From positions 1-64,000 of the forward strand of contig NIVC01000396.1 in NCBI GenBank assembly GCA_002269645.1: 64,000 nt of DNA. Direction: 5' to 3'. The notes below the pieces were generated by a model. That model was given only the letters and a program-made list of their open reading frames with translations. It was not told the origin of the DNA and did not search any database. Made by a program: the position numbers and the translations under genes. How positions within the stretch are numbered: position 1 is the stretch's first letter; every line of letters begins with the position of its first letter. Shown here piece by piece: positions 13,639 through 25,966 of the stretch. Source of the stretch: Macrostomum lignano. Lineage: Eukaryota.

Positions 13639-14912
13639 CCAGGTGTTGCAAAAAAACTTGACAAATCTGTTTACTAAAAACAAAGGCCCCCTAGAAAGGG
13701 AAGCATGATTAAAACCAAGTAAAAAGCTATTAAATATAAACATAGGCATGAGTAGCACATGTTCAGTCAATGTAGCCGCCGTTGGCCGAAACAACTCTCT
13801 CTAGGCGTGACCGGAAGCTGGAGCACACACTGATTATGAAATCGGGCGGCATGTTTGTCCATTTCTCAGACACACTGGCTTTGAGCACCTCAACGCTTGG
13901 ATATCGCATAGCGCAGGCCTCAGACTCTACACGCGCCCAAATGGCAAAGTCCAGCAGGTTTAGGTCTGGTGACTGGGGTGGCCAAAACGATTTGTCCCAA
14001 AACGACATCTTCTGTGCCATCCAGCTCTGCACGGTGATAGCCGTGTGTGCAGGTGCTCCGTCCTGCTGGAACACATAAGGCTTCCCCTTAGTGACTCGAG
14101 TGATCCATGGGAGCACTTTCTTCTGTAGAAATGGCTTGTAGTCGGCCGCATTTAGGCGATACCCTTGCGAGAACCAAACAGGAGGCATGACGTCACCGCT
14201 GGAGGCTACGACGCCGAGCATCATCATGGAGGCCGGATGCTTGGTGGTGGAAACATACCGGCGGGCTCAATCCTCCTCGCTGAAGCTGACAAATCGATCA
14301 TTTTGCCAGTTGAACACGGGATCAAAGGTGAATGTCTTCTCATCCAAGAAAATCAGAATGCGACCGCCAAAGCTTTTCAAGTTGTTAAGCAACTTCTTGG
14401 ACCGCTCCAATCGTATCTGCTGCTGCTGATCTGACAGCAGTGGCCACTCAACTTGGCGAAGGGAAGTGCCTCCAGCACTCTTGACAGCTCTAGAGACAGT
14501 TGATTTGCTAACACCTGCCGCCTCGGCCACCTCGGACATTTTGGCCATTGGGTTGTCCGTGAAAATCTGCCTGACTTCGGCCAAGTCGAGTTTTGGAGGC
14601 CTGCCCGATCCTGGCTGTCTTTCGAGCCCTTTGCCGTCATCCAGTCGCCTTTTGATGTCATAGACTGCCTGCCAGCTGATGCCAATGCTCTTGGCAATCT
14701 GCGCCACAGGCATGCCTGCGTCCAGTAAGGTCGACACTCTGTGCCTTCTTGCTTCCATTTCAGACTGTGCAGATGCAATTGGCTTCACTGTAAGAGCAAA
14801 TGAATGCTTAGAAAGAGCGCTTCGAAATGACTATAAAATATCTGGTATTGATGCTATATAGGCCTATTTATATAGGGAATTAGAAGTGTCAAGTTTTTTT
14901 TGCAACACCCGG
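13639..14912 (-). mobile_element. Tc1/mariner-superfamily DNA transposon, maT (DD37D)-like, 1274 bp
   Basis: TIRs CC(A/G)GGTGTTGCAAAAAAA(A)CTTGACA at both ends, with TA target duplication at 13637-13638 and 14913-14914. A transposase ORF lies inside, with a TATA-like TATAAATA on the minus strand at 14865-14872. Confidence 0.93.
13763..14758 (-). pseudogene. DDD transposase, 331 codons, interrupted by one in-frame TGA (14269-14267)
   Basis: The two listed ORFs are in the same frame. They give an N-terminal HTH (IAKSIGISWQAVY; VAEAAGVSKSTVSRAV), FLDEKTF, EED*ARRYVSTTKHPASMMMLGVV, FQQDGAPAHT and WPPQSPDLNLLDFAIW. Confidence 0.9.
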
Positions 14913-15820
14913 TATATCAGGGCATTAATAACCAAAGAAATTTTTTTTCTTATATTTATTATCTATGGTTAGGATCTATAAAAATTAAAGTTACTTTATA
15001 TAGGATACCACATGCAACACTATCAACAGAGAACAAGGAATAGGGGCCTAATAAAAACCAATTTAAAACTTTGTATCCTGAAAAATATTTTTTTAATAGC
15101 AAATCAAAAGTATAAGTAAAATCTAAATGGAAATCATTAAGCTTGATTAAAAACTAATAAAACTAAAACTATTAAAAATTTTCTTAAGATAAAAATATCA
15201 ACAAATTTATTTCTTATTCAACAATTTGTAAATATAAGATATCTCATTTTAAATCTAAAGTTGTTGCATACCATGTCTCCCTTTCTTTAAGATCCTTTCC
15301 CCAATGACATGTCTATAACTAGTATTATATATATGCATAACCCCCTGATTTACACTGGCATATGACTTATTTTTTTTTATCAAAATTGTGACTTAACTTT
15401 GAAAGAAACTGTAAAGTAAAAATTATTGCAATTTTAGATAAATGGTAAAAGTAACTATGACTGTCTTATTAAGCCTTAATGCCTTGTCATCTAATTAGTA
15501 CTATTGTCTATTCCTTTGGGTGAGCATTTTTGCAATTTACCCATGGTCCACCATAATTTACAGTGGTTGGATTGGCCAAGTTGGCTAACAATTGCACATG
15601 TATACTATACTAGTATAGATTGTTATATTTGGAGAGACAAACCTCTATAGCATTTTAACAATATTAACAAAGAGATTGTTGGGAAACTCCCATCCTACTC
15701 CACATCCTATCCTACCTTTATTTTTTATCAATAAAATAGTTCTATAACAAGAAATTTTTTTGTCTGCTCAATTGATGAATGGTTAGTAGACAAAACAATT
15801 AGTATCTCTCTCAATTATCC

Positions 15821-15980
15821 CAGCTAATGCTAGTACCCATTTTATAGCTAGATAAAACTGAAGCAATACTTAGTTAATGTCTTGCTTAAGAACAAAATTA
15901 ATTGATTTTAAGTAGATCAAGTAGGTCAAGTACTGAACCCTTGACCTTTCAGTTATAAGTCTGATACTCTAACGACTAGC
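15821..15980 (-). mobile_element. Decayed copy of the tRNA-derived SINE seen at 60520-60805
   Basis: The reverse complement aligns with 60530-60674 (AGCAAGACA-TTAACT...ATTGCTTCAGTTT...AGCT.TA.AATGGGT...AGCATTAGC) with many C>T/G>A changes. Confidence 0.7.
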
Positions 15981-16519
15981 CTATTCCTATAGGCAATAAC
16001 CTCCTAGGAACTATGAAATTGCATATTTCATTAGTAGTTTAGTTCTAGAGTAAGAATGATGATCCATGATAGTAGAATGTATCTTACTATATTACAAATG
16101 GCTGCAATGGCAAATGAATAAAATATATAATTTAGAATAAGAAACCAAAGGCTTAGCCAATGGGCCAGGATAGAATTCTTGCTAAAATATAAATAGCAAA
16201 ACTTTGGTAAACTTAAGCATATATAAGCATGTTGTATGCATATAAAATTCAAATCCTATGATTCTGTGGCAAACAGCTTTTTATGCAAGTACACATAAGC
16301 ATCCACATACATGCGCAACTGCTGGCCGACCTGGCCGATCCGGCCACCGTAAATCGTGGCTGACCAGGGGTAAGTCGCAAAATTGAGTCAACCAAAAACC
16401 GAAAAACACAAGAACCAAGAAAGGCAAGAGGAAAGCGAAAGAAAGAGCAGTTCAGGGAAAATAATGAAGCAAAAGAAAAACAATTCGCAAAAGAAGCAAG
16501 CTAAGTTGTAAAAATAATC

Positions 16520-17530
16520 AGGTAAGTCGCAAAAAGGATTAGTTAAGTCGCAAAAGAAGCAAACTAAGTCGCAAAAAGGATCAGGTAAGTCGCAAAAAGG
16601 ATTAGGTAAGTCGCAAAAAGGATCAGGTAAGTCGCAAAAGGGTTAGGTAAGTCGCAAAAAGGATCAGGTAAGTCGCAAAAGGATTAGGTAAGTCGCAAAA
16701 AGGATCAGGTAAGTCGCAAAAGGGTTAGGTAAGTCGCAAAAAGGATTAGGTAAGTTGCAAAAAGGATTAAGTAAGTTGCAAAAAGGATTAAGTAAGTCGC
16801 AAAAAGGATTAAGTAAGTCGCAAAAAGGATTAGGTAAGTCGCAAAAGGATTAGGTAAGTCGCAAAAAGGATTAGGTAAGTCGCAAAAAGGATTAGGTAAG
16901 TCGCAAAAGGGTTAGGTAAGTCGCAAAAGGATTAGGTAAGTCGCAAAAAGGATTAAGTAAGTCGCAAAAAGGATTAGGTAAGTCGCAAAAGGGTTAGGTA
17001 AGTTGCAAAAAGGATTAAGTAAGTTGCAAAAAGGATTAGGTAAGTCGCAAAAAGGATTAGGTAAGTCGCAAAAGGATTAGGTAAGTCGCAAAAAGGATTA
17101 GGTAAGTCGCAAAAAGGATTAGGTAAGTCGCAAAAGGATTAGGTAAGTCGCAAAAAGGATTAGGTAAGTCGCAAAAACGATTAAGTAAGTCGCAAAAAGG
17201 ATTAGGTAAGTCGCAAAAGGGTTAGGTAAGTCGCAAAAAGGATTAGGTAAGTCGCAAAAAGGATTAGGTAAGTCGCAAAAGGATTAGGTAAGTCGCAAAA
17301 GGATTAGGTAAGTCGCAAAAAGGATTAGGTAAGTCGCAAAAAGGATTAGGTAAGTCGCAAAAGGGTTAGGTAAGTCGCAAAAGGATTAGGTAAGTCGCAA
17401 AAAGGATTAAGTAAGTCGCAAAAAGGATTAGGTAAGTCGCAAAAGGGTTAGGTAAGTCGCAAAAAGGATTAGGTAAGTCGCAAAAAGGATTAGGTAAGTC
17501 GCAAAAAGGATTAGGTAAGTCGCAAAAAGA
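16520..17530. repeat. 20/21-bp satellite (TAGGTAAGTCGCAAAAAGGAT)n inside the transposon
   Basis: Roughly 45-48 near-identical tandem units. Confidence 0.96.
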
Positions 17531-18062
17531 AGCAACTAAGTCGCAATAAGAGGGAAGTAAGTCACAATCAGAGGCAATCAGGGGGTAGTAGGTGCAAGTG
17601 TGGCAGGAGAGCAAAAACAGAATAGAAGCCTTCAACCACAGACAAGATCTTTGAAATCAGAAGCCCGCGTCAACAGTTTCCCATTGATTTCTTAAACTCT
17701 GGAGCAGGGGTCGGCAAACTCCGGCTCGCGAAGCCCCTCTATCTGGCCCTCGCCCCTCGGGTTCTTTGAAACTTCCTAACTAGCAAGGTTGGTGTCTCTT
17801 TAACTCTCATCTCTCTCTTCTTCTCTACCTTGCCTCCCCTCTTCTCTCTCTCCCCCTTTTCCCTCTTCTCTCTCCTCTCATTTTTACTCTCCTCTCTTCT
17901 CCCCCTTTCTCTACCCTTTCTCCTCAATGCCCTCTTCTCTCCTCTTATCTTCAGCAAAAATATGTGCATATTTTCTTACTTCAAAGTAGAGGGAATAGAA
18001 GATTAGAGATAAGCAAACAGAGGAGAGGCGAGCGTTCCCGTTGAATTTTGAGTTTTTAAAGT

Positions 18063-19080
18063 AGGCATGAAAGGTGAAAAGTTTTACACCGTCTGCCTCA
18101 CTTTCGCCTCTTTTATGCCTATTTTGTGCCACTTGTGCACCGCGTGTTCACTTGAGTGCCTCTGCAGGGTCAGAAGGTGAATATAAGGCACGAAATAGGT
18201 GGTAGGGGCACAGGTGTCATAGGGGAGTTTGGTGTATTAAAGGTGCACAGTGTGCATTGGAGGCACAAAAGGTGAACAAAGTAGGAATTGGGGGCATTGG
18301 TGGAGTGAAAGGTGAAAAAGGTGCGCTGTGGTGGAGGTGCATAAAAAGTGTACAGTGTGCATTGGAGGCACAAAAGGTGAACAAACGGTGCACAGTGGGC
18401 ACTTTAGGTGTAGAGGCAATGCAAGGGGCGTTCCAACTTGCGAAAGTTCTTTGCTACTTTTTCTTATTATTCTTTAAACAGATTCAAAGCTTTTCGTCAC
18501 TTTTCGGAACTTTTCCTGAGTATTTGAAAGTTATTAAAACTTATCAGTACAGGAAATGCTTACTTTTGTGGTTAGTCAGGATCAGGAAGGGGATAGCAGC
18601 AATTAGTATAGGTGTAAATAAAGCTTTTCTATGTTCGATCTGTGCGTGCAATGTACGAGTATGTAACTCTCAGTTAATTTTTTGTTACTGATTATTAATG
18701 CGTTAATTCGTGCATAGGCATGAAAGGTGAGCGAGGTGCACAGAAGAGGCACTTTGGGGTCTATTTCGAGCGTGTTTTGGAAATGCACCTGTATACATAT
18801 TTACGCTGCAACATGTACACCTTATGCACCTCTAATTCACCTTTTGTGCACTTTCTGCGCCCCTTCAGCACCTTTACTGCCCCTACCGCCGCAGCCAATC
18901 AAAATTGAGAATTCACCTACTGCCTGACCAGTTCACCGATTTTACACCTTTCATGCCTCTTTTCAAAAATATTGGTGACATTTAGGCATAAAAGGTGCAC
19001 TCAGGTGCATTTCCAAAACACACACGAAATAGGCCACCAAAGTGCCTCTTTTGTGCACCTCGCTCACCTTTTGTGCCTCT
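18063..19080. repeat. Overlapping inverted repeats built on an AGGCAYRAAAGGTG motif (nested MITE-like remnants)
   Basis: About 18717-18790 pairs with about 19000-19078, and the motif at about 18064 pairs with about 18940-18958. Direct copies of the motif occur at about 18262, 18366 and 18985. Confidence 0.6.
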
Positions 19081-22000
19081 GCAGGTGCATAACTTTTCCA
19101 ACGGGGTTGCGATGGGAGAAAAGATAGAAGAGGAGAGGAAAGCTGAGGGAGGAAAAAGAGATGAGAGAGAAGAGGAGATTAGAGGAAAGAGGAAAGAAAA
19201 GATGATGGATGAGATCAGAAGAGAGAAAAGAGGAAAGAGGAGAGAGTAGATGAGAGAAGAGAGGATAAAGAGGAGATGAGAGGAGAGTGAAGAGAGGAGA
19301 GATGAGAGAGTAGAGAAGAGAGGAGAGATAAGATGAGAGAGTAGAGTGGAGAGAGACGAGAGGGAAGATAAGATGAGAGAGTAGAGTGGAATGGAGAGAG
19401 ACGAGAAGAGAGATAAGAATGTAGAGAGGAGACAGAAGAGATAGGAGAGGAGAGGAAAGAGAGGAGAGAGGAGAGGAAAGAGAGAAGGGATAAGGGATGA
19501 GAGAGAAAAGAAAAAGAGGATGAGAAGATTGAGGAATGGAGAGAATTTGCAAAGGCCTCAAATCTTAGTTTAACATGCATTACTCCCATCTTTGCCTTTT
19601 TCCTAACTGTTAACAAGTTTTTGTTTGAGCATGACTTCAAATTTAGAATCTATGCAAAAATAGTTCCGGGAATTAGAATTCAGTGGTTTAAAAATCTGTG
19701 GGTTTTCACAGCTTGTATCTCTACTGGATTCGTATTTTGCATCTGATGAGCCATCTGAATCAGGGCTCTCATCTTCCATGCCAAATCGTCTAGCAAATCG
19801 TTCTTGAGCTATAGGTCACACTGTATTCACTTCACTTACTTCTGGACATTCATGAATCATGACTTTTGTAGTATGCTCACTACACTGTACTGACAATTTA
19901 CTAATTGCTTCATGCCGCCACTAGATGACATACTGATTAGCTGTTATAAAAACGCGAAATCTGCACGCAGCACTAATTAGCTGGCGAGGCATTTAGCTTT
20001 AAAAATATGGTCATAGTTACTCCTGCCGTTTACCTAAAGTTTTTGCTTGGCTCTTTCATAGGTAAGTCGCATTTTTTATCGAAAACTAAGTCGCACGGCC
20101 AGCGTAATTTCAGAAGTTGCGCATGTATGAGCATCCACATATCTTTAAAAGTGTGCAAGTAGGCCCCTTTTTAGTGCCTAAGCATGTACAAATTTGCCAA
20201 ACATGCACAAATGCATAATGACTTTTATATAAGAATTTCATTTTGGCAAGACAAGGGGGAGACACAGGGAATATATCCCCTTTCCCCTTGGAAAAATGAC
20301 AATTTTTTATTGCCTTTTGTATTCTGGTTCTATCAATAATGTTAGAGATAAATTGATATTTTGCCTCACTCCTCTATAATATAAATATTGGCTATGAACC
20401 CATTGTAAACACTAGAATTGTGTTTATATCAAAGTGAACAAACAATGGCCTCCTCTTGTCTCGACTGGGGCTATCCAGCCAGACTGGCTCTACACTAAAG
20501 AACAGAGGGCAAAAGCTATGGTTTTAAGGCCAAGCCTGCAAGTACATGACACAGTAGACTCGTAGCAATGCTTTGGGGGGTGATATAGCTGCCTAGCAAT
20601 GGGACAAAGAAAAAATGCTTGAGCAATAACCCTGCCTTGCTCAAACTATACATTGCTCTTCATTTTGTCAACTAAACCAGTTTGCTTGCTTGACTATAAA
20701 ATACATTGCCTTGAATAATTTGCAGCACAGAGCTTCAGACAGAATCTCAGATAGAAGTGAGCCTTACACTCATAATAGGGCCCTTAGAGGCCAGTGTGTT
20801 AGAAATTCTTTCTAGCTTGTGAGCAGAAGATAGCAGGAATAAAACCTGTTATACCTATAAGAAATAGGATTTAAAAGCATTGCCTTTTAAGCTATATTAT
20901 ACTATGTTTTTAATATGCAAAATATAAATTATATACTTTTTGCTTACTATAATCAAATGGGTTACAATTATAAAGGGTTATAGAAAGGGCTGATTCTAAA
21001 TAGTGAAACTCAAGGGGGTTGAGGAAATAGTTTTATATTTTGGCAAAATGTCCTTGGTCCTCCTTTGCTCAATGCCTCAATAAAAAACTCAACAAAGCCT
21101 CAATAAACTTATTTCAATGTTCTAAAAAATGAAAATAGCATGTCATTGCTTTTACTGCATTTTCTTATAATATATGTATATATGCTTATTTCAGATAGGC
21201 CCTTAATTAAACTGGCATTTTGAAAAACATTTTTGTGATTTGAACTATTGACAGCAGTAATTTAAAATGAAATTAAAGCCTGCAAATATACAAATTTGTC
21301 TATGCATTTATTAAAATAGTCATTAGTTATAGTTTATATCCTTAAAAATATTTAAAAAAATCCCAATAAAATTTATTAGATGAACCAGTAATTAAAACAG
21401 GTAACTAAATTACTGAAGCCAAAAATATTGACTTCTATTTTGATTTTATATGCTATATTTGTAATAGATTTAGATTAATTTCATATTAATATTTAACAAT
21501 AGCTAAGAAGATAATAATAATAATAATAATAATAGTTTTCTTTTTATTTGTTTTTCAATGTATAGCAAATGTGTGGGATTTATGCTGAGATTTAATAGAT
21601 CTTAGGATTTTGAATGACAAATAATTGTCATAATTTTAATTAATATGATTAAAACCTTATCCTATCTCTAGTTAAAAAATAAACATAGTTTTTTATACTA
21701 GGGTGAACTTATAATTTTAAGGTTAGACTTGCTTTAACTAGGTCAAAGATATTGAAACAGTCAATGTGTTTTTTGTTTTATTTGGTTTTAAAACTTATAG
21801 AATTGGCAATCTGGTCACTAGTTAAATAGGTCAAGTGTATAGTATAACTTCTGTAGATTTTTTTGTGTGATTGTTAAAATTGTTTATGCTATATATAAAA
21901 ATTATATAAAATTTGTAAAGCATATCAGTTGTATTCTATTATGTTCTAGATTTTCTAATTTACTTTTTCTATAAATGGCTGGATTTAATTTTTTCCAATA

Positions 22001-24678
22001 ATATATGTCTCTATATCTATATTCATAGCTAATTTATTTCGTATTACTTTCTAAAAATTTAATGATGGTAAATCCAATAGCAACAGTTTCTCTATCAGTC
22101 ACTATAATATAGTGGCAAAGTAAAAATGATAGCAATATCTTTATCTATTACTCATTAATAGGCATTTTATCTTATTCCAAGTATATGGGTTCCCAGTGCC
22201 CTAACTAAACAATGTGCATATTGCAATGAGATTCTCTGTTACTCAAGTCCCTAACCCTAGAGACTTATCACAGCCCCCCCCCCCTTACAAAAATTTGAAG
22301 CAAGCAACATTCATTCATTTTTACTAATTTACCCCTTACCTATGAAATTAAAGGCTCCAATTATATTTTATCACTTTTAATCTCAGTTATTTAGTGGCAA
22401 ATATTACTTGAACTCAATATAGGAAATATGCATTCACCTATCCATATCTCTACGAGTATGTGCTCTGTCTAAAAACCTCTATATCCATAACTTGCCATCG
22501 TGCCATCGCCATACCCAGAGCTGCAGTGGACCACTATAATTAATTACGAGTTACTTAACAGGAACTAACAATTCCAACAATATTAGATTTTTCTTATTGA
22601 AATTGTGTTCAATTTCTCATTTTTCTACTCTCAGTAGTGTGTGTTGACTATTGAGCCAGTTTTGTATTTTTTTTGAATATTTTTATGAAGCCTGGCGATG
22701 TGCACTTTTTAATATTGCTGTCTGATTGAAACCTCGAACTGGTTAAATGCCACTCGGCTTTGCTATGCAATGAAGTCATTTCTTATCAGCCCTAGCATTG
22801 CCAAGTCAATCTTTTCTGGGATGTATTGGGAATATTTCTTACAGACTGAGCTGCTGGAGATGAGGCTTGGGCTTCTCGTTGCTATGTCACTGCTAACTGC
22901 CAGTTCTTGGCTAGCGAGTGTGCACCTGCCCACTTCCTGTATGTCTCGCCTAGGATAGATATTTTTATCACGCAACCAGCGCAGGTCTACGGCCTTCATA
23001 AATTCTATCCTCTCGGGGCCATCCAGCAGCGCTCATCCGGTTTCATCCCGCCCCCTCTCGCCTATTCAATTTCCATGCTGGATGAGCTCAACTAGCCAGT
23101 TCAGAATATCATTACATCTAGCATCAATGTTGGGGTTGATTCACTAGCTCGAAATTTCATATTTTTTGATTGTCAATTCAATGTTCCAACATCGGAAAGT
23201 TTCAAGCTTGCAAAATTTAATTGTCTTTAAAAAAGTCGAAAATTTCGTATTAGTATTAGTGACCTAAAATACTAATCTTCATCATGATGCAGCTTTGGGG
23301 TGAGTCAGATCGGGCTTGTTGTCTCGCCCAGGCCAGCCGAGCTGCAATCTAGCTTGGTCTAAAGAGTATTCTCTATTCCATCTTTCTTTTAATAACCGTG
23401 GCCCACTCGGTCTATTGTGCTGTGATAGCCTGGAGTTACATGGCTGGCCTGGGCCTGAGAGAGAGAGAGAAGCTAAGCTCAGCAAGGGCGATTGTTGACA
23501 GCTGCCTAAACACAGCATGTGAATTAATTTTCTTCTGCGCTGGGCGTTTACGTATAACCACCGTAGTTTACCTTCTCTGTAAGCATTGTATATTGTTACT
23601 AATTTGTATGCCCCACCTAGTAAATTGCTGAATGCTTTACTGTATGGGCCGTCAGTGTGCTTGTTTGTTTAGATTATTATGTAAACTAAACGCTTTCGGT
23701 GCGTGTATGAAAATCTGATAGTAAATAGACAGGGACCCCAGTTAAGTTTCTACAATAGATAGATAGAAGCCCCGATATTTGATAGAATTGTGCGCAGCGT
23801 ATCTGCTGCACGCAGCTAAAGGATGCGACTAAAAACATTTTATCAAAGCCTGGCTTCTTAGTTGTCGCTTCTGTGGATGGAACTTCGGCTAAAAAGGCCT
23901 GTAGTGGGGTCCGATCCTTAACTAATTCTCTATTGGTCCCCAAGGCAGTAGCAAGTTAGCAGTAGTCCATGGAGTTTCTGATAAGAGTATCTGGATTGCA
24001 AAATTCTACGAGGCTGGCTTCGGCTTGGCTTAATCTAATATTCTAATTGAAGGGTTGGCAAACTTTTTTGTTTATGAATAAAGGAGAAGAGAGGAGAGGA
24101 GGGATGACGATGAGGCGGGATGGAGACTAGAGAGAAGAGAGCTGAGAAGAGACACAAACCTTGGAACGGGCCGGATTGGCCGACTTGACTCAGCTGCAGG
24201 GGGCTCCGGGCATCCGGGTACAGCGAGGAGGCGTTGCCGCGCATTCCGCTAACCCCTGGCGACCACGGGCAGCTGGTGCCCTTAGTTAGCGGACGAGCTG
24301 GCAGAGATTCACGGGCCTGAAAACGTCGGAGAGGTCCGGGTCGGATTGCTTTTGTAAAGTTTCAAGGGACCCTAAGGCCGGATAGAGAGGCTTTGGGGGG
24401 CACCATTATCTAAACTTCGTTTTTAAAAAATGAGAATTTGGCATCCATCCGGATAGCTCTGTTTGGAACTCCCTGTTTGGCCCTGCGCCATTTTTTTTCT
24501 CTGCCCCCCCTACCTCAACCCCACCCCAACTCCAACCCTCTCTGTATCGAAAGTTCGCTGCAGAGTTCTTCGTCTGCCTGTCTCTCTCCCTCTGTTCGAG
24601 ATTTTTCTCTCTATAAATGCATATAAGAGCCACATTGGCACCTATGATTTATCATTGCCAAAGCGGGCAATTATCACC

Positions 24679-25069
24679 ATGGATAGCCGGCCTGTGCAGC
24701 CTTGCATCTCTTCTACTTACAGACTGCGCCGATCGGCATCGTCCGATCGAGCATACAGAGCTGTCCGTTTCGCCCTAGTGGACATTCCGGCCAGTGACTC
24801 GCCCAGTCCGGACAATCGGCATCAGAAGCAGCGACTCCGCGCCGGCCTGCCTCGCGGCCAGTCAGTGATCGGCATTAGCGGCCTGGAGATGTCAACATCT
24901 CAGGCGTCCCCGAAGGCTTCAATACTGCCGCAGCAGCGTCGCAAAACTGACGGTGCCACCGCCGCTACCGCTGCCGCTGCCGACGCTGGCGAATTTATTG
25001 CGGCTGTGCAGCGAGGCGACGTCCAAAGCGTGCTGAGACTGCTGGGTCGGACTGCCGGTCAGCACAACA
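24679..25069 (+). CDS. CASKIN: Caskin-like protein (ANK-SH3-SAM-SAM scaffold), exon 1
   Basis: ACCATGG start at 24679 (alternative Met at 24889). Ends AGEFIAAVQRGDVQSVLRLLGRTAGQHN, like the Caskin N-terminal helix. Donor A|GTAAGA. The 13-exon model totals 3276 nt with all phases matching. Confidence 0.75.
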
Positions 25070-25147
25070 GTAAGACTTACTATTGTATTGATTGCTTTTA
25101 GTGTGCTATGCTTTTAGTGTGCTAAACCAAAAACCACTGTTTGACAC

Positions 25148-25915
25148 CCATCCATCCCCTGTCTGAGACTCATCCATCCCCTGTCTGAGACTCATCCATC
25201 CCCTGTCTGAGACTCATCCATCCCCTGTCTGAGACTCATCCATCCCCTGTCTGAGACTCATCCATCCCCTGTCTGAGACTCATCCATCCCCTGTCTGAGA
25301 CTCATCCATCCCCTGTCTGAGACTCATCCATCCCCTGTCTGAGACTCATCCATCCCCTGTCTGAGACTCATCCATCCCCTGTCTGAGACTCATCCATCCC
25401 CTGTCTGACACTCATCCACTGCCTGACACTCACCCATTGTCTGACACTCATCCACTGCCTGACACTCACCCACTGCCTGACACTCACCCACTGTCTGACA
25501 CTCACCCACTGCCTGACACTCACCCACTGCCTGACACTCACCCACTGCCTGACACTCACCCACTGTCTGACACTCACCCACTGCCTGACACTCACCCATT
25601 GTCTGACACTCATCCACTGCCTGACACTCACCCACTGCCTGACACTCACCCACTGTCTGACACTCACCCACTGTCTGACACTCACCCACTGTCTGACACT
25701 CACCCACTGCCTGACACTCACCCACTGCCTGACACTCACCCACTGCCTGACACTCATCCACTGCCTGACACTCACCCACTGTCTGACACTCACCCACTGC
25801 CTGACACTCACCCATTGTCTGACACTCACCCACTGCCTGACACTCACCCACTGTCTGACAGTCACCCATTGTCTGACACTCACCCACTGTCTGACACTCA
25901 CCCACTGTCCCACTC
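25148..25915. repeat. Caskin intron 1 minisatellite: 22-bp (CTCATCCATCCCCTGTCTGAGA) array grading into an 18-bp (CACTCACCCACTGCCTGA) array
   Basis: Direct tandem periodicity with a switch near 25405. Confidence 0.95.
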
Positions 25916-25966
25916 TCACTGTCTCACACATCTCATAATAATTATCCACCTTCGCCGAATCGCCAG

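Larger units (their letters stand above)
16306..20129. mobile_element. Non-autonomous DNA transposon (P- or hAT-like), 3.8 kb
   Basis: Perfect 15-bp TIR CATACATGCGCAACT/AGTTGCGCATGTATG and perfect 8-bp TSD AGCATCCA (16298-16305, 20130-20137). TAAGTCGCA motifs occur near both ends. No transposase ORF is visible. Confidence 0.85.

Noticed and set aside
22740-23110. GC-richer island with a 78-aa minus-strand ORF inside the AT-rich block
   Set aside because: It may be a decayed coding or TE fragment, but I recognise no motif and the other frames contain many stops.
24246-24296. TCCGCTAAC...GTTAGCGGA hairpin upstream of the Caskin-like start
   Set aside because: A 9-bp stem is expected by chance in GC-rich DNA; no snRNA, SL RNA or miRNA hallmarks are recognised.
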